Origin: Geosiphon pyriformis uo1
Lineage: Eukaryota > Fungi > Glomeromycota
Assembly (NCBI GenBank): GCA_016748015.1
Contig: JAAOMT010000597.1
Span: 496,001-560,000 of the forward strand
DNA length: 64,000 nt
Direction: 5' to 3'
Below the pieces are notes generated by a model. That model ran no database searches, was not told the DNA's origin, and saw only the letters and a list, made by a program, of their open reading frames with translations. The position numbers were made by a program, and so were the translations under genes. Shown here piece by piece: positions 43,498 to 56,894 of the stretch (positions are counted from its first letter, which is position 1; each line of letters starts with the position of its first letter).

Positions 43498-43823
43498 CAG
43501 TAATACCTCTCTTTATAAGTACATACTCTTTCTATATGTAAACTATAGTCTCGTTTCAAGTTCGAAACTTAGAGCTAAGTGCATGCGCTTTATATTCTGC
43601 ATGTGCAAACGATTCAGAATTCCAAGTAAATTAGAATACTCTCTATAATACATATACATGATGATGACCAATCAGGTTGTTTGTTAGTAATAATAATATA
43701 GCATTAGATTTAATTTTGATTGGCTTGGTGGCTAGTCACGTGTAAAAAGTGCACGGTTTGCATTTACTGTAAAACAATATGTATTATTTAGTCCTAAGGT
43801 GTGCGCTTATAAAGATATTACTG
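43498..43823. mobile_element. MITE, pogo/Tigger/Fot1-like (CAGT termini, TA target duplication)
   Basis: Left end TA|CAGTAATACCTCTCTTTATAAGTACATAC; right end reverse complement TA|CAGTAATATCTTTATAAGCGCACAC. Confidence 0.7.
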
Positions 43824-45396
43824 TATATAAATGCAATTAAATAATGAATATTATTATTAAAAAAAATGGGATCTAATTATTAATGAAATACTTATAGATT
43901 TACCACACATAGTTTTTTATATTCTATTTTATTTAAATATTTTGCTTCAGCTTTTTAATAATTCCATAAGAAAAATATTTGTTTAATAATTTAGTTTGTT
44001 AACTTTATAAACAGTTTTTTTTTTTACAAATCAAGTTTAAGATTAATTTATTTAACAAAATTTTGAAAAAAATGAGTTTTTTCTTTAATTAAAATTGTGA
44101 AAAGTATTTTAATATAAAAGCAGCATAAGTTTTTTTTTTGTAACTCACAAAAAAAAAAATATATATATATATATATTTAAATTAAACCATTTTTTTGATT
44201 CTAAATTGTTTTAATAATAATGTACAAATAACTTTATAACATTGAGTAAATTAATTTTTAGAGCTTGAATCATTTGCCTTTTTTACAACTACTTAATTTC
44301 AGAAAAAAAATAGTTGACTAATATTGTATTAAAAGATAAATTTAATAAAAATTTATTTATACTTCCAAGTATTTTCCATTACTTTTTATAAAATAATTAA
44401 TAAAAATTAACTTAAAAATTTTCAAAATTTAAAACATGTTAATTATTATACTATATTATTCATATGTTTTTAGTATTATAGAAGAAATTATCACTTTCGA
44501 GAATTTGGAAATTAAATTAGTTGCTCGCCAAAATTCTTAAATTAAATATTATATTAAAACCAAATAAACTCTTTACTATTCAGTAACTTAAGATAATTTT
44601 CTTAAAATAACATTAAGAAATTTAGAAATCATTGTTTTTTGTTGTCTTTCTTATAAGCTCAGGTTGTTATGTACTGGCAGTACGATTAAGCTTTATAATG
44701 ACATTTTTTGGAATATTATTAATTTGTAAAATTGGAGAGATTTACGTTTAAAATGATTTATTAACAGTTTTAAAACTTTTTAATTGTGCAGTATAGTGTA
44801 TAAATGCTTTTTTCGAATATGAAATGCCAACCAATTTTAATTTTATGCCATTTCGAATTAAGTTTTAAATAAATAAATAAATAAATTTCAATTTGTCTAT
44901 TAATATGTGAGAATTGCTATGGTAGTATCCAAAAATTTTTTAATAAAATTTCTAACACCTAATTTATAAATATGAATAAATATTATTTAAATTTGTGATT
45001 AAAAAAGCAATGGTAGTTATTTTGTCATGTCAAGAGTTTTTAACGCTTCATATTTTGTTATAATTAATATTAATAAACTTAAAGATCTGAAAATAATTAA
45101 CCTATTTTCTTTTTTATTTATTTTATTTATTTTTTTAAAAAAACCAATATTTGCTCAGTTTTTTATAAAAAATATTTTTAGATGGACATTAAAGAAGGTG
45201 AATGACTTGGTTAGAAGGAAAACTGAAAATGCATCACAAAAAAAGAAACTGCTATCCAGAACGTAAATATAAAATAAAATCAAAATCGCATGTAAAAAAG
45301 GAAATATAAAATGTAATAATAATAAGGGTGGCTTGTCACTATAATTGCGTTGTGCGAAAATATTCAGTGGTTGGGCTACACCTTTGGAAGAACAAA

Positions 45397-45407
45397 TAAT
45401 AATAATG

Positions 45408-45454
<47 letters not shown>
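45397..45454. repeat. (AAT)n microsatellite
   Basis: Direct reading. Confidence 0.9.
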
Positions 45455-47731
45455 TTATTAGCATTTTATACTGCTAATATTTGTTTATGTTGTTTTGCTA
45501 CATTACTCATTTTAAATTGAAAATTGTAGTATTTTTAAGAGTTTTGTATAATTTATATAAGATAACAGTTAATATAATAAAGCGCTCTTGGAAGTTTTTA
45601 ACTAGACAATTAAAAAATCCAGAAAATCAAAATTTGCAGTGTTTACAACATTTTTCACTTTTTATGGATTGGTGAAAGAACTCGAAAGCTTGATGGAGTA
45701 TTTTTGTAGAATTCAAGATCTGATTGGAATTAAAATTGGCTCCTAGTATAGAATTTGATTTTTCGATATAGTGACCCCTCGAAATACGGGGCAACCAAGT
45801 TAAGTACCAATGAGGTACATATTTCGATATAAATATGTTTTTGCCAACCGGAATAATTTTCAATCCTTTGTATCATTGATTTCTGCCTCCGAAAAAGCGA
45901 CGTTATTGACGGAATAATTGAGGAACTAACCAGATTAATGGTGCCCCGTTTTTTGTTTTTAAGGTCTTGCCAAATGTGTTGATTCGAAAATCTGATTTGC
46001 CTTATGAAGAATGTATTGGAGGGCCGATGCAATTATCCCGACTCTGTCAATTATCTTGATGTTCACAGATGCGTGGGAGAAATTTATCCAAGTTAATTTA
46101 CGGCCATGGGAAAGAAATTGTAATTTATGAACAGTATTGGTGATCTAATAAAGTGTTAATTAAAATTTAAACAATAATGAAAGATTACTCCTATTACTAA
46201 GTTTCTATAAATAAAGATTATCATTATTATGTTCTATTTGAAATTCTATTAAAATCCAGATATATTTAAGGTGCCCAGGATTTAGGACGTTATTCAATCG
46301 ATGGGAAGGATGCAGGAATCCCAAATGTGTCATTCCGTCTAGTAGGAATAATCAAAAATCAAAAATTCAAGACAACCAAGAAAATGAAGCAGATCGTTGA
46401 TAGTGAAAAGCATGACGTAACCTCTTTTAAAGTCCAACTAATACCATAAAAATAGTCTATAGTGGTGAAAAAAAGTTAGCCCTTTGACCCTCTTGAATTA
46501 AAGAGAACTCAAATAAATTCCAATTATTATGCTTCCAGTCATGCATAAATAATATTAATCGTATTAGAGATATTCAAAGACACTGACTTTAATAAAAAAT
46601 AATAAAAAACGCCCGATACTCAAAAGATTATTGGGAAGGACTTACGCCGCATGCAAACTATCTGATGTCGTCGCAGGGAACTTTTATAATGGGAGGGCTG
46701 AAAAATAAATATGAGGAGAGTATGAATTAGATTACTCGTCATGTTCCCGGAGACATATGGGACATGGGTAAGTATTCAAAACCAATTCGGGTTTATTAAA
46801 GGGATTATCTATAGGGGCATGTCCTAATTTACCCTATGGAAAAAAAATGTAATTTGCTGTTTTCATCATTTGTGGAAGCGATTAATGGTGATTTGGGTAT
46901 CATTTGTCTGAGCTGGTTCCAAGGTAAAGGAAATAAAAACACATCTACAACCCAAATATCTAAGCTTTGCGATAGCTTGAGCTTTGAAATTAGGCCATTT
47001 TTACCGTGAACAATGGGCGGACCATTAATGTACCTTTTTCTACCCATTGACAGATTTCTACACGACCTTTCCAAGCTTTGATGCTAGAATATCACAGAGG
47101 CTAAGGGGCAAGATAAAACTGTCATCCAAATATTCTAAGTAGATGGTAAAAACTAAAAATTTGCAAAATTTAGGATTATTTTTCTTTATACAATTAATTT
47201 TATTTAATAGCTTGCTCAAAGGGTATTTTTTTGAAAAAGATCTTTTACCAGTATCAAAATAAGAGGGTTTTTTTTAAAATTTTCTTTGAGCAATGATATC
47301 AATACAATTTAGAGAAACATTTAATCTTGATAAAAAGAACAATCTCGAAACTTTCCCGAATATTCCTAATTAGAAAATATTCTTTTATAAAGATAATTTC
47401 AAAATTCTCATGATAATGATATATAACATTAGCTATTAATGGAAAAACAACTTCCGATTGAAAAAGGGAGGATAAAAAACCCAAGAGATGGCTAATAACA
47501 TTGCATATACTTATTGTAAATGAAAAATTGCAAAGTTACTTCCTTTTTAACAATTATTTTTTATCTTTTATTTTCTATTATTATTTATTTTAAAATTAAT
47601 GTTAATAAATTAATATTTTTATTTAATAAATAATGATTATTTATTACATAATCAGTTTATCCAATTTTTAATTATAATTAATGCAAAACCAAAATAATTT
47701 AACATATATTTTACTGAATTTTCTTGCCAGG

Positions 47732-47762
<31 letters not shown>

Positions 47763-50034
47763 AAAAAACTACATGCTATTTTTATTATGTTTCTAGATAT
47801 TATAAAAATGTTTAACCAATATTTATTACAATTCTTTATTTATGAAAACTCTTAAAACATTTAATAATCAAATTAAAACTCAATATTTTGAATATCTTTA
47901 CAAGTCTAACTTAAACAGCGTTTTTAAAACAAAGAAATATGAAGCAAAAATATAACAATAAATTGTTTGCTTAATTGAATAAATATTTTGTTCTTTATTA
48001 TCTAATAAAATTTTAATTTTAATGTATTTTATTTAAAAATTTATTACAGAATTTCTCAAGTTATATACTCTTCTATGCTAGTTATACATTAGCTGTTTAT
48101 CGATAGGGATAAATATTAATGTAACTATAATTGTGAATGTAATGACAACTCATCTCGAAGGATATTCGAAAATTTTAATTAGTTTTTTTTTTGAAAGTAA
48201 TATTAAAAATATTTTTCAAAAATATATTTTAACACATAATTTATTAGTCTTCTTTGAATCGTAGTTTTCAGGCTCATTCGACACGATTGTTAGCCAATCA
48301 CTTCTAAAGTTTTCAAATTATACAAGATTTTTGAATCATTTTAAACCATTCACCAGATGTTCCCCCAATATGTGGCTTAGATTACCAATAAATTCTTTAT
48401 TATATAGTCGATAATCTAAATTTAAAAATTTTCACGAATAATTCAAAACTAAATTAAAGGCTAAAAGTTTTGTTGAGCCTGGATCCTCTTTATCCCTTGA
48501 AGATACTAGGAAAAACGCAAATAATTCCCATGGAAAGTTTTTAAATTTAATCAAAAGTTTTTGTGATATGATGCAAAAAAAAAAAATTCTTTCGAAGCCA
48601 AGAATTGGAAAGAGGGATATTTCAATTGTTTTACTATTTTTGAATTTTAAAGACATGTTGATACTGAGTATCAAAATTTGATTAGTATTATTAAAAAACT
48701 ATTTCCCATTTGGAAATCACCATTGTCATAAATAATGATTTACTGTTAAATTGTATCTAATAATCAATCTATCAAGGAGACAATAAGATAACTTAAACTT
48801 AATCTCAAAACAAAGGAATATTTGATATAATTAAAATCTGATAAAACGTAAACTTATCTTTTTCCTATTGAAAAGTTTTATCTTTCTCACAATGCAGGAG
48901 ATATTTTTAATCGTATATTTGTGATGAGAAGCTTAAAGATGGACCCGGTATTCGTGAACTGGAACAATCTTTATTAATTTTAAATAACAATGTGAAGATT
49001 ATCTTTGATCATTTTTAAAATGGGTAAAAAAAGTTTATCCCACGCAGAAAACATTATTGTTTATTTAAAGAAATCATTTTTCGAAAAAACTTCACCATAA
49101 AAGGAAGCAAATGAGAGTAATCGATATAAAATTTATTTGAAATTTAAAATATTTGAAATAAATTGCGTAATTAAATGATCGAAAGGAAATCTAAAAGATA
49201 TTAATCCTTATCAATGTAGTAGTAGTAGTAGTAGTAGTAGTATTTTAATCAAGAATATGATAGAATTAAAGGTTCCAAAATGGTGAAATTAAAGGAAAAA
49301 TCTCGCAGCTGTCTAATAAATTCTCCAGTTTACTCACATTATTTGCCACTGAAAAAGTTTTACAATGATATTTTAAAACTATTATTTTTGTTAAAAATTT
49401 GCGAGGCTAAACTTTTAAACTTAAAATCAGAGATACTAATTAAGGAAAAGCCCTTCAGCACGTACGTTCTAAATAAAATTGTAAAAACTTTAAAGATATT
49501 CAAAAAGTCAACATCAAGCAGAAAAAAGTTATAGTAAAATTTTTTTTGGTAAAAGTTTCGCAATTAAAATTTTAAACCATCACATCAAGATTACCAAAGC
49601 AAGAACTAAATCGTTAATTTGAAAATAGAGCATGTGTCAAAGATGGTGTTGCATCAACACCAGATTACAACAAAATTTTCTTTTTAGCGGGAAAAACTTT
49701 CTATTTGTCTCCGATTAAAACATATTTTTTCTCCTTGTAAAGATTAATAATTATCTTTTCGTGAAAAAAAAGTTGTAGTAAAAAAAAACGACTTGACACA
49801 TGGCTTTCAGATGAAATGGAAGCAAAAATCATGCTTTGGTAAAAAAAAATCCTTTTTTTAGAAGAATATAGAATTGTAGCTTTGTTGCACAAACCATTGT
49901 CCGCCAAAGCCATAATCTCCTAATGAATCACCCGAGGCGGGGAAAAAATTCCACAAAAATCTAGAATTTTAAGCATAATCTTCTTAAGTAAATCAATTAA
50001 AAAATGTTTCATCTGACAAAATTTGGAATTTAAT

Positions 50035-50079
50035 TATAAATAGAGGTCTTCTCAGCTCACTCAGATTCCTCACAATTGC
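50035..50079 (+). promoter_or_regulatory. Core promoter of paralog 3: TATAAATAG...CAGATTCCTCACAATTGC
   Basis: Nearly identical to the motif upstream of paralog 1. Confidence 0.65.
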
Positions 50080-50180
50080 AAGCAACAAGCAATTGACTTT
50101 TATTAATAACACAAAATAACTCTCTGTTCCCTTCCTATTTCTCATTAATTTTTTCAAAACCTATCCAAAACTAATAAAAC

Positions 50181-51836
50181 ATGGCATCATCAGTTGAAGC
50201 TGGACGTAGTCGCCGTGAAAACCGTGGTCGTGAAAACCGTGGCCGTTTCGGAAACAACAACACTTTCGCTATTTCTGCGACTGACCGATGGATTTCTAAC
50301 AACATTACCCGTGCTCTACTCTCTACCTGGCGGGATCAATGGAATATCGTCGCACTTACTAATGATTGTGACGACAGGCACGTCAGACAATTGAAACAGC
50401 GAGGCGCTGATGTTCGAGAAATTAACTATGGGAATACTCGAGACATTGAGAGAGACTTGAGAGACGTTGATTGGCTGCTCTTCATAGCCGAAGCTAATCA
50501 TGATCGAGTTGAGCAAGCGCAAGAATTAGCTAGGGTGAGTAAAAAATGATTTGTGTTAATTTGAAATATTTGTAAATAATTTATTTTATCATTCATTGAT
50601 TAGGCCGCAAATAACGCGGGTGTCTCCGGAGTTATTGTTTTATCTCTTCAAGGTGCTGACCGTGCCAACACCAAAACTCATCGTGACTATCATGAAATTG
50701 AAAGAATTTGGAAAGATGAAATAGAAGGTGTCACCGTTGTCAGGTAGGTCGGCTATTTTGATAAACTTGCTTTTATATTATAAATTTTTCTAAGCTTAAT
50801 TTTCTATTTATCTCCTGGAATTTGTCAGAATTTCTTTACTTCATGAATCTGTCTGGTTATGGAGCCAAAATATCAAAGAAAACGGTGAATTGAACTGGAC
50901 TCTTGACCAGGAAGATGACGAATTTGCCCCAATAAGTCTCGACGATGTCGTTGATGTCATCGAGAATTTGGTAGCTCATAAAAACGGTAATTTACGGGAC
51001 GAGCCTGACCAAAGGGATGAAAGACAAACTTATACCTTGACCGGTCGTGACACTTTAAGGGGTGCTGATGTTGTCGATATTATCAACAGCGTGATCAGCG
51101 GTGAAGTTGAATATCGAGAAGTTAATCGTCAGCAGCTCGAAAATTACCTAGAAAGTCTCGAGAAATGGCATGACAGAGATGACCGAGAAGACAGAGATGA
51201 TGACAGAGAATCTCGTCGCCGATCTCGTCGTGATTCGGAGCGTCAAGATGGGCGGTTCGACAGGGATAATAATCGTCGTGGTAATCAGAGACGTGGAAGA
51301 TTCGATGATGAAGGCTACAATTATCAACGTCCCTATCTTCCTCTCCGTCGCACCGACGTTCAGTTGATTCTCGACACTTTTGATTTCATTCAAGAAGGCT
51401 ATGGCAGGAGTACCCGCGATGTTCGTGAGATCACAGGTCGTGACCCAGAGCCGCTCTACAACTTCTTTGAGGTAGCGAATTAATTCAATTTTATTGAATA
51501 ATTTGAATTATGATTACAATATTTAAATGTTTTTTCCCTTTTTTAAAGGAAAACAAAGAAGATTTTGAGACTGAGAGAGATGGAGGCCGATTCGGTCGTG
51601 GTCGCCGTGGTGATTATGGTCGGGGTCGTCGTGACTGGGATGATGAATATGGTCGTGGTCGTGGTCGCCGTGATCGAGATGATGGATATGGCCGTGGTCG
51701 CCGTGATCGAGATGATGGATATGGCCGTGGTCGCCGTGATCGAGATGATGGATATGGTCGTGGTCGTCGCAATCGTGGAGATTATGGCCGTGACGATAGA
51801 TACGGTCGATATGAACAAATTCTTGCCAAATTGTAA
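50181..51836 (+). CDS. NmrA-like protein with Arg/Asp/Gly-rich insertion and tail and PTS1 (-AKL), paralog 3; exons 50181-50534, 50604-50743, 50829-51471, 51549-51836 (about 474 aa)
   Basis: In-frame GT-AG junctions; GADVREINY, DLRDVDWLLFIAE, AANNAGVSGVIVLSLQGA, FAPISLDDV, TYTLTGRD, ITGRDPEPLYNFF; ends YEQILAKL*. Confidence 0.88.
51657..51755 (+). repeat. Three near-perfect copies of a 33-bp coding repeat (GRGRRDRDDGY) with degenerate flanking copies (about 51594-51810)
   Basis: Direct reading. Confidence 0.93.
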
Positions 51837-53449
51837 ATTAGTTAGTTTTTGGTACAATAGAAAAATTAGTTTACTGTAGGTTTGATTCTAAAATTTCTTT
51901 GAAATGATTGCAGATCATTTCTTTTTTGTTGAAAAGTAAGTAGGATAGTCTCTAAAAAAAAAATGTATAGTTCCCAAAAAAGTCAATAAAAACCTGATAT
52001 TTTGGGATGGTTTAAACTTGCTTGTTAAAAAACTATTAAAATATACTTTCAATATTAAATATCCTTGCCAGAAATTAGAAAGTCGTTTCAGTTGCAAGAG
52101 CAGTTAGGATAAAAATAATTCAACCTTTTACAATTTTATACTTTTTTTGAATCAAAATTTCCCAACAACTCTGAGGTAGTTGACTTTCTCCAACGCCTCC
52201 TACACTATGTATAAAGGCCCAAAATTTCGGATAAAATGGTACTCCAAAATGCGTTTTGATAGGTGAGAAATTCGAAGTCTTGCTTCTCCAGCCAATAATT
52301 ATTGATCAATTCTAATTGAGAATAATGCATCAATAATTAAAAAAGAATTTTATGCTTAAGTGAAAAAATTTTTTGTTTGATTCCATCATAAAATATTCAG
52401 GACCTGCGGGTAAGTCTTGGTACTTAAAATATCCATAACTTATATTTGCTAGACTACACTGCAAGGTGGTTCCACAGTAGTAAAACTTCTTGCCAAAATC
52501 TAACGCAACAAAACGAGGATACGAGTCAAGAAAAAATTTAAGATGTCAATTTCTCGCCTGTTATCCTGACGGTCGCCAAAATTACTGGGGTGGATCACAA
52601 AGTTGATATTCGGCTCGAGTCTCCTTCTTTTTTTAATTCTTGTATGGTTGTTTTTCAAGTTCTTTGGTTTGCTTTGCTGATTCGAACTCTGTTGGGTGGC
52701 AATAATGTTGAATAATTTTATTTATAATAAGAAATATACATCTCAATGTGTTATATGTCCACTTTTGGCTAAGATAAATAGCTTCAATTCTACCAGGTAT
52801 AGAATTAATTAATTTTAGTATAGTTTTTGAGGCCCCGCATTCTATTCTCCTATAACCATTAGTTCCTCATTCAACAAAAGACCTTAATTCTTCAATAAGA
52901 TTAAGAACTTTGTGGTGGCTATGACAAAAGTTTTACTTTTTTGAATCAAGAAATTTTTGGCAATTTTTGAAATGTGACTCCTCTTGAAGATAAACTTCTT
53001 TTTAACTTACCGTGCATGTGTTTTAAGAGTTGATATAATATAATTAACTCAAACTTCACAATGAGTAATACTAGTAATTGAACTTTTTAATAGAACAATA
53101 GCTTTAAACTAATCCATAAACAACAACCCCAAAAAATTCTTGCTGGACTGTGCTTTACAGTTGAACCAATGCAATTAATATGAAATTCCTTAACTGGTGT
53201 TCGTCAAACTCGACCCAATCCTGAATTTTGAAATTGTGAAAATGTTGATTCATCTAACTGAATAAGTTTTTTCAAATATCTATATTTTTTGCAAGCTTTA
53301 TTTCGTGCGGTAAGACAAGAAAATTTCTCCTTTATATATATAATAGATGAGGTTTGGCTAGCTCTCGTAAAAATTAGATCAGCTCAAAGGGATAAATAAA
53401 AATTGGATGTAATTTTGCTTTTTTTCTTCCAAAGATCCTTAAAATTTTT

Positions 53450-54610
53450 TGAAGCTTTTTTTTCTGTTTGTTAATGTTTGATGATCAATTATTAAAAGCA
53501 ATTTTTCAATTTGTGTGTTTAATCTAACAAAATAAATAGCAATTAACAAAAAAAATTTAAATATAATCAATCATTAAAATACTAAGCAAATATTTTTTAC
53601 TAAATTTGTTTTTAGGATATCAATATAAAATTTTAATGGGTTTTGATTTGCCATTTTGAAGATTCGTTTTGTTAAAGAAAAATCATTAATTAAAAAAATG
53701 TTGTGCAGTATTGTAATTAAATTAAAAAAAGAAAAACATAATTTATTTGTCATTTTAAAATATTTTTTGAATTATAATCATTTTTGTTCAAATATTAATA
53801 TCAAAATTTTGATTTAACTTTAAAACCATTGTATCAAATCAAAAAATTATTTTAAATATATATAAAAATTTTATTATAAAATTTAAATTGGTTTTACTAA
53901 TATTTTGTTAAAATAACAGCTGTTGCTTAATTTAAATCTCTTTTAAAAATCTTTTAGTATTAGTTTCTAATTTTAAAGCAAAATTTAGCAATATTATTAA
54001 ATTTTGAACTTTGCAACAAATTAAAAAATTAAAGCAAAAATTAAAACGTACTTTTGTATATATATTAGCTTGTGATTGATCTTTAAATAAAAATATTATT
54101 TATTAAATGTGCATAAATGATTCCAAGTTTATAAGCAATATTTAAAAAAACTAAAAGTCTTGTTTTTAAAAAATCAATACTTGAAAAAAGATAATAAGCA
54201 AAAGATAAAAAAAGAAACAACCACTATATCTTCTAATATAACTAAAAAAACAACAACAGAAAAAGTTTATTCAATAGTAAAAATATTTTTCTAAATAATA
54301 AAAATTTAAAGCAGTCTTTAATTGTTTTAAAACGAGTTTTTCTTTTTAATTAGAATTTTTTTAGTTAAATTTCTTTTTAAAAAAAACACAGACAAATTAT
54401 AATGTTTCAATTATTAGCAAAATCCCAAAATTTTTGAAACCAAAATTTTATGAAAACTCTTATGTGTATTGTTAAATATAATTTATTATTTTTTACATAT
54501 AAGATTGCAAAGTTTTTTGTAATCTTTAAATTATTTTTCTTTTTTGCTGTTCTTGTTAATATATTTTTAAATGCTATTAAAAATGCTTTTTGGTATAATT
54601 CAAAGCTAAC
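53450..54610. repeat. AT-rich degenerate block
   Basis: Same CpG/CC/GG-poor texture as the 16-20 kb block. Confidence 0.4.
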
Positions 54611-55520
54611 CATAGGATGAGAAAGCGAGGGCTAATAAATTTAATATTATGACAGTTTGGTTCAACAAAATTATTATCTCGCAAATATTTATTTGTAATC
54701 TAAAAATCGAATTTCATAAAAGCAAAATTTCATGAAAATATTATTCACTTTGAAAATCTAATCATATTAATCATATGATCTTTTTGTATATTACTTTCAA
54801 TGCATTCATTCAGTGTTTTGTTGCTTATTGGCTTCAGAGGTTTCACATTTCAGAGGGCAGATTTTATGTACTTACAAATTACCATGGATCTTTTATTTTT
54901 GCATGGTTTACATGTGACAAAGTTGATGGAAGAAGTTAAAAATTATTTAGAATTCTTTTTTTACCAATTACTTTCTGAATTTTACGAATAAAAAGTTTGT
55001 GAAAATTGCACAAAAATATATAGTCATATGAAATAAATAAATATTCTTTTTGTAGAAGAGATTCAAATGTTTTGATGTAGTGAATTTATGCGTCTAAAGG
55101 AAATTTTTCAGTTTGCAGATTCCTTAAATGTGAAGACATGTGACTTGATGGATGCCTTTTTTTTGTCTTTCCTTCATTTACGCAAAAGTTGAAAGATCTG
55201 GCATCATCCAGGTAATGTGTCGTTGCATAAATACAGTTGCAAAATATCGGCGTGAATTGTTACCAAATGAGCGTTACCAGTAAAAATACGAAAAGAATAA
55301 TTGGTGTAAATTATGACACAGTGAACTATTGGTGTTTTCACAAATTAAAACAATTTAATATATATACTTATATAAAATCGAAATTTTATAACTGGAACAA
55401 AGATTTCTGGTTGTATGCTTATTGAAATAAATTTCATTTGAAGTTTGCTGAATTATTTCAATCTCTACACAAATATATCGTCATAATACCTGCTCTTCCC
55501 TTTGCCAAAGTGTAGCAAAA

Positions 55521-56894
55521 ATGATAGAAGATACAACTGGATTGGTAAGCACAATGCACAAATCTCAATCCATTTCAAAATGGAGAATAGTGACTCGTCG
55601 GATAGCAAGAGCTGGGGATGGTGATGGTCAATGTCCAGAATGTGAACGACCACGCGTATCATTTTGGTGTCAAAATTGCGAAAGTTTGCGACTACGTGCA
55701 AAGTTTCCTTTCTGGACAAGTGGAAACGAAAATATCGATCATTTTTTACAGGGTACTCAATTTTTTGCCGGGCGACATGTGAAATACATGGAATTTATTC
55801 CATTTTCGAGTTTCAAAAATGTAAAATATTTGTCGAAAGGGGGTTCTGGGACTGTTCATTCTGCTACTTGGATTGAAGGACCACGCTGGAAAGCAGCACC
55901 TGTTTGGGAAAGAATTTCTGGGAGATATTATAAAAGATGTGGTTCTACCCCTGTTGCATTAAAAACTTTGAAAAATTCGGCCACAATGAGTTCAGATTTT
56001 TTTCAAGAGGTGAGTACACCCCAATATTGATTAAAAATATCCAACGTTTTGAACTAAACATTATAATTGATCTAGTTAAGACGACATCAAAACATGTTAT
56101 TTCCATACTGGATAACGAAAATAGTTTATTGTTTTGGGATTTCTCAAGATCCTATAACACAAAATTACATCCTGGTCACGGACTTTGCTTCAGATGGAAA
56201 TCTTTTTGACTATCTTCAACAAGAAAAATCAAAAATTTCTTGGTCTCAAAAATTGACAATTTTAGGTCAAGTGGCTTCAGCATTAGTTGATATTCATCGT
56301 AAAGATTTAGTACACACCGATTTACATACTGGAAATATTTTGGTTGGAATGTCCTTATCTGGGGCACAAGTTTCAATAGGTGATCTTGGTTCATGCCGCC
56401 CGATTACGTCCACATCAAATTCTCACGATGTATACGGGGTTCTTCCGTACGTTGCCCCCGAAGTTCTTAAAGAAATATCATGTAGTTCGGCATCCGACAT
56501 TTATTCTTTTGGAATAATTATGTGGGAAGTTTCTGCTGGTCAAAAACCTTTTGCCGATAGATCGCACGACTATGATCTCGCCTTAGAAATATGTAACGGT
56601 CTTCGTCCAGAGGTAGTTGCTGGAACCCCTCGGAGATATTTCAGTCTAATGGAGCGCTGTTGGGACGCAGAGCCTGCAAAAAGACCAAGTGCTGCGGAAT
56701 TGGTATCAACTCTATTAGGATCCAAAGATGCAAACGGATTTGGCGCTTCACGTGACATAGATGATCAGAAATGGCTTGATATGTTACAAAAAGCGAAGGA
56801 TGCGGTCATAAAGTATCATCCAGGGGCGGTTTATACAAGCCGATTGCTCGATTGTCCTATTACTCGAACTCATAATGTCAAAAAAGACAAATAG
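55521..56894 (+). CDS. Tyrosine-kinase-like (TKL) protein kinase of the type expanded in Glomeromycotina; exons 55521-56009, 56076-56894 (about 435 aa)
   Basis: N-terminal CxxC..WCxxC and WTSGNENIDHF, Gly-loop KGGSGTV, VALK, HTDLHTGNIL, DLG, GVLPYVAPE, SDIYSFG, CWDAEPAKRP, YHPGAVYTSR. Confidence 0.93.

Noticed and set aside
46733-46775. Imperfect hairpin (tactcgtcatgttcc...gggacatgggtaagta)
   Set aside because: Short and isolated, with no supporting context for an ncRNA or element end.
45620-47100. Possible kinase pseudogene on the minus strand (fragment RVGIIASALQYILHKANQI)
   Set aside because: Only a faint resemblance with no catalytic motifs recoverable; BLASTx would be needed.
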